Source: Marsupella aquatica
Lineage: Eukaryota; Plantae; Marchantiophyta
DNA length: 64,000 bases
Assembly (NCBI GenBank): GCA_973895155.1
Contig: OZ316897.1
Span: 14,817,375 to 14,881,374 of the forward strand
Reading direction: 5' to 3'
Shown here: piece after piece, positions 49,049 to 58,969 of the stretch
Layout: every line of letters starts with the position of its first letter
Position numbering within the stretch: the stretch's first letter is position 1
Notes under the pieces: model-generated
The model's database searches: none
The model's input: only the letters and a program-made list of their open reading frames with translations
Told to the model about the DNA's origin: nothing
Made by a program: the position numbers and the translations under genes

Positions 49049-51954
49049 TCAAGGCTGTGAAGAGAAATTTCGTGCATTGTTGTTAAGATTTTTGCACAAA
49101 AGCGCATTCCACTCGTCTTGTTTGTCACCCCAACTGAGTGGATCACGATTGTGTGACTGAACATTGTGCGATGTTTCTTGAAATGATGATATTCCTCGAA
49201 ACCCACCAAGGCCAATAGGCCTGTTCGACGTATATGGATTCATGACACTTGGCCCTGCATACGCATTCAAGGGTGGACCTGCATGGTGTTGCCAGTTTGC
49301 ATGTGGGTCGTTTGAAGTTTGACCTTCATGATTGTTGTATCCATGAAAAAAGGTTGATGTCCTTCCATTCGTCGGATGCCCTACTGTGCCTGTGCGTTGC
49401 TCGTTGAAATATGGTCTGCTTGTGTCAACATCATTCGCAAAGTTCGACCAAGGTGACCTTGGTTGGGAAGGCATCACAAAGTTTCTGTCCAGTGATGCAT
49501 CTTCCTCGTCTTGGATTTGCGATTCATCAATTGTAGGATACATCTCCAAATCCATTTCATTCTCCCATTCCTCTGCAGCAGTGATGTCTGTATCTGGTGG
49601 AATACGAGTCAAGAACTCACTATCCTTATCCAGTGAAAATCCGTGTAGCAATTCATCAGCATCATCAATTGTATCATAATCTTCGACATCTTCTTCACCA
49701 AGAGCCGCACGTGTTGCATCGTACTCTTCATTGCTGCACAACTCCATGGAGATAGGTCTAGGTCCATCATTTGTTCTTCTTCTTTGGTCATAACGTTCAT
49801 ATATAAACGTATGCGGGTTTCGAACATTTGTGAGCCCTTTCTCTACCCTCATGTTTGTAAATACAAACACCAAATCTTTTGCTCGATCATTTGTCAATCG
49901 ATTGCGACTTTTGGAATGTATAAATCCATACGAACTCCAGTTTCGCTCGCAAGCTGATGCGCACACTTTTTGGTGTAAGATTCTTCGCGCCAGGATTCTC
50001 AAATGTTTATAATCTGCACCATACGCATGCCACCACTCTGCTGGACTGACATTACCTATACTTGATTGGGCGGCTCCCATCGCTATTGATGTGTTGGGAT
50101 TTTTTTTTGGGCGTCAATGGCTTGACTGTGGATGGCAGAAATAAGTTCTTTGACGTCGCGATCATGGTTGATCCCCTCCTTCACCTGTTGTTCTGAATAT
50201 CTAGCAATGTATTCACTGAAACCCCTGTAGAGTTCTGGATCTCCAGCGACATCTATGTCCTCATCAAAAAACATTTGGGGATTGAGATATGCTGCCGCTA
50301 GCATGAAATCAGTGGTAAGAGATTTTTTTCGATCCAAATACACTTTTAGTATCTTCGGTTTCAATACCTCTGTTACCAATGGACAATCCTCCATGCTTGC
50401 TTTCAAAACATCAATCCCTCTTTTCAAACTCCAATACAACCAACCTGATTGCGGAGAATCACCATCAAATTCTCGCAACATCTTGACCAACGGAGTAAAG
50501 AATTTAACTGTATCCTTCACTTCAACCCAAAATGTATCTTGCTGTATCCACATTTTAAGTTCGTCTGCCTTTCCCCTCGTCATGTGTCCAGCTGATTTTG
50601 GTCGCAATGGAAGTCTATCACGATAAGACTGCCAATTATCATCAATGACCATCTGTTGTAAAGCTCCTCTTAGCTCCAACGCTCTTTGTGCCATTAGGAA
50701 ATTGGTCGCAAATCTAGTTGCATTTGGATTCAACAGTTTTTTGTCAGGAGATATTCTTGCAAATATTGCAGAAAGCTTTTGCGATGATGAAACTGCTTTT
50801 ACTATCCACCTCAACCGTTTAAAAATCTTTTGGAATGGATTCTGTCCAACATCATCTACCACTACACGCTTGTGACCACACATATCCTCTAGCAGCAAAT
50901 TAAACACGTGGGCAGCACACCAGCTCCAAGTGACATGAGGATACTTTTTCATGACTACCTCACAACCTGCTACGCGATTTGCGGGTGCTCCATCAGTTAC
51001 AATTTGAATAATATGATCTGCACCAATATCCTCAATGTATTTCAACCACATGTCGCCAAGATATTTCCCATCTTTCTTGTCAGCTTGCGCAGCATTCCAA
51101 CTATCCAAGAAGAAGTCACCTTTAGAAGTCAACAACATGACATTCATCAAAGGTTCTCTTCGGACGTTTTCCCATCCATCTGAAGAAAGAGAATACCCAT
51201 AAGGTTTTGCCTCCTTTAAAGTTTGCGTCATGTCCTTTGTGAGATCCTCCTTACTGTCTTCCAATAATTTCAATCGCAAACTTCGCATCGTAGGTAGAGA
51301 ATAACCATTGATAATCCCTTTTGAAGTCTCTATGACTGCTTCTCGAAAAAAAGGATTATTTGAAACATTGAATGGAATACCACTGGTGTAGAAAGCTTTC
51401 GCCCAAAGCTTATCCAAATTTGTTCTATTTGGAATTTGATAGGCATCCATAATTGGGTTAGGAAGATTTACTGGCCTATCTCCTTCCCTTACATGTGTAT
51501 CATCCATGTCAACATAGTTTGACCCTCGTGTGGATGCTTGCGAATATGAACTTCCAACGCTTGGCCTACGACCTCTCACATCCCGCAAGATATGACTTCC
51601 ATCTCGTCGTTTGTACTTTAAGGTCGGTGGAACCTTTATCACATTGTACATAATGTTGATGGCATCCAAATCGACGACACCATAGAGTTGCATGCAAGGG
51701 GGCGCATCCCCTTTTTGGATGTTTCCCATCAAATGCGCCTTTGCTCGTGTTGCATGATGAGTAACGTATGTTAAACAATACTTGCATCTTCGATAGATAC
51801 GATTGACATCATGACATGTTGAAGGCGCATCACATCGTTCAAAATATCTCCACACTGGAGATTGTTTTGAAGGGTGTTCTTGCACACGAGTTGGACCAGG
51901 CCTGGGAGTAGTGGAATGATATCCAGTTTCATGCGAATCCTCTTCATCAGACAT
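49049..51954 (-). CDS. hAT transposase (BED zinc finger, DUF659/RNase H-like DDE core, hATC dimerisation domain, long acidic tail), about 968 aa if the frameshift at the A9 run (50100-50108) is corrected
   Basis: SPVWRYF..CKYC..HATRAKAHL (BED), LSSDGWEN and IVTDGA (catalytic Asp residues), WSWCAAH (CxxH), TRFATNF, PAEWWHAYG, SACERNWS (catalytic Glu), HSKSRNRL. The likely start is MSDEED at 51954. The two ORFs join with a one-base shift. Confidence 0.92.
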
Positions 51955-52014
51955 TGTTACGACTCTCAATGGTAAAAAAATAAAAGGGTTGATTCTTTTG
52001 ATTTTGTGAATATA

Positions 52015-52393
52015 ACAAATATAGTACAATGGGTTACTTTCCTGAATTATCGCAGACTGGGCCTAAGCTCAAAGCATGCGCAGGAAAGTTTCCCAAATTC
52101 TTATATTTGTCAACATCCCTACTTCAACCTATGTTATGTAATATCTATAACTTCACAATAGTTTATCTTTGAAGTGAACATATGTACGAGAAATCGTGAT
52201 ACCCATATGAAATGTCATAGACCGAGCCAAAGCTCTAAGCATATGCACATGGGTATCTCTTTACTCGCAAGTAGTTCACTTTCAAACAAAACAATGATGC
52301 AAAGTTGTTAAGGCGATATAAGGAACTTCTCGTACGAATTATCGCAGACCGAGCCGAGCTCAAAGCATGCGCGTACAAGAGTTCCAATGTATC
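52015..52393 (-). ncRNA. Three conserved bulged stem-loops (R3 52015-52110, R2 52172-52281, R1 52315-52393) in the transposase leader, an inverted homologue of 42621-43002
   Basis: The minus strand has the same apical module and 6-nt bulge. R2 carries the compensatory change CGCA/TGCG to CATA/TATG. Confidence 0.7.
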
Positions 52394-52530
52394 CCTCCGA
52401 TCTCTCCCTAATGCTAAACCACAAGAGAGAGAAACACAATGAGACTTTGGATTAGTGAAATGAATTAGTTATTCCTACTTATACTAAATCATCTACTTCT
52501 TATCCTCTCTTAAAACTCTTAATCTTTGAT

Positions 52531-53160
52531 CCTAACCCTAATTGCGCCTCCCTTAACCCTAATCTCGCGCCCCTAACCCTAATCCCGCCTCTAACTCTTC
52601 CCCGGCCACCAATTCCCGAGCCCCGTCCCCGAACCCCGCACCCCGTTCCCCGAACCCCGCACCCCGTTCCCCGAACCCCGTTCCCCGCATCCCCGAACCC
52701 CCTACCCGAACCCCCTTCCCCGAACCCCCTACCTCGTTCCCCGAACCCCGTTCCCCGAACCCCGTTCCCCAAATCCCCGAATCCCGGCCCCCCTTTCCCG
52801 CCCCCCCTTCCCCGGTTCCCCGAATCCTCTTCCCCGAATGCCCCCCGTCCCCGGTTCCCCGAATCCCGTCCCCCGGGCCACCTTTACCCCGGCCGGCCCC
52901 GGAAGGGTCCGGGCAGGGTTCGGGTGGGGGTCCGGGGAGGGTTCGGGTGGGGGTCCGGGGAGGGTCCGGGAAAGGCCCGAGAGTCCGGGGAGTGTTCGGG
53001 GGAGGGTCCGGCGAGGTTCCGGGAAAGGCCCGGGAGGGTCCGGGGAGGGTCCGGGAAGGGCCCGGGAGTCCGGGTTCGGGTCAGGGGGAGTTCGGGTTCA
53101 GGTCCGGGGTGCTCGGGAGGTGTTCGCGAAAGGTCCGGGGAAGTCGGGGTTCGTTCGGGA
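52531..53160. repeat. Right subterminal repeat field: CCCTAA units, a C-rich block (to about 52880), then a G-rich block (about 52901-53160)
   Basis: CCCTAACCCTAAT units at 52531-52585. CCCGAACCCC repeats switch to GGGTCCGGG repeats at CCCCGGCCGGCCCC (52887-52900). Confidence 0.9.
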
Positions 53161-55139
53161 GAATCTTCAGGAATATACGTCAAATTGCGTGTTTTCGGGC
53201 CGTCATTTGACGATTTGACGTGCCCGACAAGGCGTCAAGGTGCCCGTCAGATTAAACCGGGGTTGTCCTGCAAAATGCGGAGTACAGGTACTGTATGGAA
53301 GTCCAGTACGATGCAATACGACTACTAGAGTAAAAAGTAGTAAAAGGACTGTAATGCTGTACAATCGTCTGTGGTGACTGTGTAATGACTGTCTGACTGA
53401 CTCTCGGCGCTTCGAGCAGCTTCACGGAAGTAATGGAGAGGCAAGTTGGGTCTCTTTGGTGAGCTTAAGAGTGACGAAGGAATTAGTCACAGCATTGAGA
53501 AGGGCCATATTATTGCTTACGCAGTGACGGGATTGATTGTGATAATGGCGAAGTTTGGGTACTGTGATAGGGCACTGGAGAGTTTGGGAGTTTGGGGCCT
53601 GGGGGTATATACTTTAGAGTACAGTACAATGAAGCTGTCGCTTACGGTACACAGTATCTAGACCTCGAGGAGTGATGACGAGTACGGTAGAGTGGCGTAC
53701 AATACTGACTCTGTGACTCACTGACTGACCAAGCAGGTTGAGTCACTTGGGTGGCAAAGGCAAAGGGAGAATTAGTTTATTGGTACTTTTGGAAACAGAG
53801 AATTAGTTTTTTTATTTACGAAGTGATACCTGTAGTCACAGTAAGAAGAAGGTCACATTATTAGGCTCCATGCTGAGAAAAGGAATCACTGTAGTTACAG
53901 TATGATCGAAGAAGCTTACATTATTACAGCATGGTGATGATTATGGCAAAGTTCGGTAATATAGCTAAAGAATTTGCTAACGGAGGTTATTGCGAAACAG
54001 TAGTTTTTGTGGACGGTGGAGTTCGAGAAATTCTTTTCAGTACAGTGATGTTGTGTGTATTCCATGCGAGGCCAATTATTGCAATTGGGAGTCTACTGTG
54101 GACTTGTGGAGGTACAGTCTAACGAAGGTTTCCATTTTACAGTACCGTATCTCTGAATTGGCGATGATGAGGCAATAGGAGGGTACTAGCGTATTGTTGT
54201 TATTAATTACGCAGTATTGAGCGTGGTAAGAAACGTAATCTATGCGGAGAGGGAATCGATGCGAAGGAAATGAGATTAGGGTGGGTTGGGATTTGGGAAC
54301 TTTGGATGGGTTGAATACGTCCAGAGAGGAAGACCTACTGGGTGCAGGAGAAGGCTAGAAGTGCTAGAGTGCGCCGAGCTAAGGGAAAGCTATGGAAGCT
54401 ATGGAAGAGGAGGAGCAATGTATGGGAAGCTGGAGAAGCTACGGTGTAGCAGCAGCAGCAGGCCGTAGAAGAAAGGGGAAGGATGGGAATTGGAAAAGCG
54501 AGGCTGAGGACGGTCAGAGAGCGTTGCTAGTGTTGCTGTTGCTGTTGGTGCGCTGCTGCGTATTGGAAGGGTCGTGTCCAGCGTACCGTAGAGTCTACAA
54601 CTTACTGAAGTAGAAGGTGGTGGTGGGCTGCTGCACTTTCTTTCAGGCAGCGGCGCAGGCAGGAGGAAGCAGCCACGGGCTGCTGCATCAGGTTGAAGGA
54701 AGGAGGAACTTCGGGATTTGTGCACAAAGCTCTGGTTGGAAGAGAAAAATATGTGGCAGCGGCAGATGCGGTGTGGGGCAAGGTTCTTTCTGCGCACATA
54801 GAAGCGAAATGCTGCAGCAGTGCTACTAAGGACGCGAGATCATCAGACGCAGCAGTGAATCTGCTCTACCTCAAACACTCCTGAAGAAGATTTCACATTG
54901 CAACAGTAGGCAGTTTTGTAGAGAGCCAGTTTCGTAAAAAATTACGGTAACGTTGGCAATTTCCGAAAAAGAGGAGGTGATCCAGAAAGGAAAGGTTGGG
55001 TAGTCTGACAATACAGTAGCCTACGGTAGTCAGTCAGGAGGATTCTGAGAGGAAGGGCACGAAAGGGAAGTGAAGGGAAGGGAAGGGAAGGGAAGGGATC
55101 TGGAGGGAGCAGCGTAGTCTTTGCGGTTATCGTGAAGCA

Positions 55140-55146
55140 TATAAAA
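55140..55146 (+). promoter_or_regulatory. Possible TATA box of the MYB gene (implies a ~1.3-kb 5' leader)
   Basis: TATAAAA downstream of a (GGGAA)n tract at about 55063-55098; position only. Confidence 0.3.
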
Positions 55147-56502
55147 AGCGGAGTCGACTGCAAATCACCCCTTTCGCACCATCCATTGCTGCAGTGCTGC
55201 TGTGCGCTCCTGTGCTGCTGGATTTAGAGCTGCAGGCCGGCTCCTTGTATCACGCTTGTGGTTTCACTGTACCTCAGCTAGTGAGAGGAGGTCTTGGGTA
55301 TTACGTTATGTGCGAAGAGTAGTTTCCATTGGCAAGCTGCAGTCTGTGGAGGTGAAGGGAAGGGAAGAAAGGCTAGTTCATATCCGACGATGGATGAATG
55401 AAGACGGTCTCTTGAAAATTCCTCATCACATCGTAACATCAACATTTATCGAACCAAGGAGTGTTTTATTGCACGTGATCCAACTCGTTTGAAGGGTTTG
55501 CTTGCTTCGGTGCTAGTCTAATACCGATAACGGGCTTCGCACTTCGCAAGCTTGAAGGTGGATTGTGCAGGGCCGTGCCATTCTTCTACTGGATAGCTAG
55601 CTGTGCATATCTCAGACTCACGGGGCTGCGAGTCGTTTCGCGTTCAGATTTCGACACTCCCGAGCAACCGGATCCGAATCTGACAAGACTTCGGAGCTAT
55701 TTTGAATCTGCTAGGTTCATGCGGTTATCCCTCGGTCCACGAAATCCTTGAGGCTCTCATCTGCGCATAGCTTGTACAAGTCTCTCTCACCTCTCTCCAT
55801 TAGGTCATAGCGTTGGTAGAGCAAGACTTGCACCACACTACAAACTATCACTGTCTAAGCCCATCCGAGAGGTATTCCTGATCTTGTGTTCCATTGAGCC
55901 AGGGACTGAACTACTGATCTGTTCACTCCTATCCTGTTCGGAGAGAACGTAGTTAGTCGTGCTGTTCTGCACTGTTTGTTCAACTTCCCGTAACGTCCCA
56001 TATCGTTTCAGGAGAGAGACAAGTTACCGCTGCACGAGTGCACTCTTTCACCGTGATTGATGAGCTTGCGCATGACCAGTTTTGTTTGATCGCGGCACAC
56101 TGAACAGGCTGTGAATTCCGTGCCCGCCGAGTGTTGTAAGTCATTCCGTGTTGATCACTGTCTCAGAAAGTTAGTGACAATTGCTATCTTGGTTATCCAG
56201 AGTTCAAATGTCTCCCCCTTGCATACCTCGGCGCCACCTCTGAGTGCTGCCGTGTCAGCAGTAGCGCTGTACTCACTCTCTTCTAGTTTCATCGCTCCAC
56301 CAACAGCCTGGGGTGAAGTTTTGTGGTTCACCCGACGTTTATCTTGACATGCTGCGTATCCAGGACACTGCGCACATCACCTGAAACGCTCTTCCACTCT
56401 ATAGATCCTCCTATCCCCGGATTCGCAAATTGTTGTCGACTTTCGACCCAAGGATTCAAAGTCCATCTCGCTACACTGTTGAAAGGTATCCACTGAGACA
56501 TC

Positions 56503-58969
56503 ATGACCCGGTCTGTGAAAGAATGCGAGGATCTGCGGAAGGGAGCCTGGACCGCTGAAGAGGATGAGAAGTTGAGAAAATACATAGAAGCTCATGGAAC
56601 TGGACACTGGCGCAGTGTGGGCCGCAAAGCAGGTTTGTTACACTCAATCTTGTGCTACACCTTGAAGCAATATGCTCATGATCGCAGCTTAGGCAATCCA
56701 GGCCTACATAGCTGACGAACGCGATGAACGGTGTTCTAAACCGAGCAACAGAAGTGTCTTCTCACCCAGAACTCGCGGGCAGTGTTGCGCACGGTCTCTT
56801 GAATCCTAAACGGGTGATCTTGTGGCATGTGTTTAGTAGACGAATGATGAACAGATGGATGTACTTATCGTTTCGTCAAAGTGAATGGCTTTGGTTTTGG
56901 AAGAGCTGCATGCGTTCACTTGCACTGATAGTCTGGTTGCGGTAATTGACTATGTGTCGTACTTAGGTCTAGAGGTGGGTTGGGGAAATCTGAGCCCAAA
57001 GACCCGTTCAAATTGAAGCTGTCGAGCTTCAATATGGAACTTGGTCACGATCTCGTAACCCATGTCCCAGACTCAGGGTTAAGACCTTCGAATTGAACTC
57101 CACCTCGAGAGACATCCATTATTTAAGATCCATGAGATGGTGTAACACCACCTCAACCGATCTAGTTCGCCAGGAATGGACTACAACCCGGCGATGAGGA
57201 CTCGCGTCGTAGTTGGAACTCCAATTCAGGTCCTTCAAGGACTTAGATTGGCTGCGTAGCCCTTAATGTGAAGTGTTGCGGACGGAGGCTGAGTATTCCA
57301 CCTACGTCGATTGAGCATTTCGCCGAAGTCCGTGTCCTCTTGGCGTCGTTCCTGACCAGACTCCTGAGGAATTCTATCCTCTGAGTGCACTGAGTCCCTT
57401 CATTCATGTTTTGCAGGACTTCAAAGGTGCGGCAAGAGCTGCAGACTTCGGTGGACTAACTACTTGCGCCCCGACATCAAACACGGAAACTTCTCACCCG
57501 AAGAGGAAAAGCTGATCGTGGAGCTTCATGCCTCATTTGGTAGCAGGTTGGGCTCCCTTCCCGATCCAGTTTGGTTGTTCCACAGTCTGCCTGGCGCTCG
57601 TTTGGGCCCTCCTGCAAATTCTACTTGCAGAAGTGTAGTCGGATTGTATGGCGAGTCTGAATCGGTGACGGATTGACCAAGTTGTCAATAGTTCATGGGG
57701 CTTTGCGATAGCTAGCTCCAGAAGTCAGAAAACGTTCGACATCTTGTAATGCTGTTTTGGATTAGTATAGGACTTCTTGGGTTGTGCATTGATAGAGGCT
57801 CGCTGTTTTGCAGGTGGTCTTTGATAGCTGCGCGGCTACAAGGGCGAACAGACAACGACATCAAAAATCACTGGAATACACGGCTGAAGAAAAAGCTGTG
57901 CGATATGGGCATTGATCCTGTGACGCACAAGCCAATTTCAGAAATCCTAATGGATCTGGCAGGGAACCAACAAGCTGCTCGTAGATGCTTCAGCGACAGC
58001 CTTTTGAGCAAGGCTGTGAGGCAATGTGCCAAGCCTTACTCGACGGAGCCGCAGGAGCATTCGGAAGGGGGTAAATTTGGAAAGGAGTATCCTCCCAAAG
58101 GAATGGAGGACATGTCGTTGGAGGAGATGTATGCAGAGAGTGCTAGTTTCTCCGATATGAGCGGAGGCTTTACAGACCCCGAGATAGTCAACCCCGAAAT
58201 TGTAAGTCCCCATGTGAATTTGGACAGCAGCAATGGTGAGAACACGGGGGCTTCTCCGAAAGGCCTCGGTGCTAGGAAGGTATCTGCTCACGAGGTGTCA
58301 CCAAACCAGGCTTTGCAGGGCCATCCAAATAGCCTGATGCATGGGAAATTCTTAGGGAGGCTGCTATCTTCTAGCAATAGTAGCAACAAACTGCCGGGTC
58401 CGACGTTGCACATGCTTGGGGATCATTCAACTGGACGACCTGGGCAGCATCACAGCGACAGTTTCCAGCCGCAAGGTCGTGATTTTGGTGGAGACTACAT
58501 GCTACAACAACACCACAGCAGGCATGGGGACTTTTTTGGGGCTGAAAATAGGAATGGCGTGCGAGTAGAAACAGGTGGTAGTTCTTGCATGTCCAGCCAG
58601 GAGCTGAGCCGTGCCATATCCCACAATCAGGGCTTACAGCTAGGGTTGCAATCAGTTGGTCACCCTTGTGCAAATTTCAGTTTGGGAATCGGCCAGTCCG
58701 CAGGTAAATCTGAGGATCTGTACCCGGCTCACAATGTTGCTTCACCCTCTCCTCGGCTCTTTGATCGCTTCATTGCTCATATGGGTATGGAACAAGGTGC
58801 AGCAATGCCGAGACCCCTTAATGGTATATTGTTCGGAAATCTTAATACCAAGACCCCGGAACAGCTGTGGCAGTTAAGTGATCAAACAGGCATTCGGAAC
58901 AACAACAGCCCTCATGAGAATATGGACATCACTGGTCCCAATCGAGTTGCTCCATTATGGGACTTTTAG
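56503..58969 (+). CDS. R2R3-MYB transcription factor, 471 aa; exons 56503-56632, 57417-57546 and 57814-58969; GIDPxTHKP motif, resembling the MYB80/MYB35 group
   Basis: [11 protein letters not shown]...[11 protein letters not shown]|[30 protein letters not shown]...GSR|[42 protein letters not shown] introns sit at the canonical positions with the canonical 130-nt exon 2. Confidence 0.95.

Larger units (their letters stand above)
41754..53261 (-). mobile_element. Full-length 11.5-kb hAT-superfamily DNA transposon with kinase, RING and hairpin-cluster cargo
   Basis: Perfect 8-bp TSD GTTGTCCT at 41746-41753 and 53262-53269. TIRs CCCGGTTTGACCT and (reverse complement) CCCGGTTTAATCT match at 11/13. 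Long subterminal repeat fields and an internal hAT transposase. Confidence 0.95.

Noticed and set aside
52531-52585. Interstitial telomere or chromosome-end remnant
   Set aside because: There are only a few CCCTAA units, mirrored at 42306-42329 inside the transposon, so they are better explained as element motifs.
57749-57813. ORF-track N-terminus MLFWISIG... of the 406-aa ORF
   Set aside because: This is intron 2 of the MYB gene; the true exon starts at 57814.
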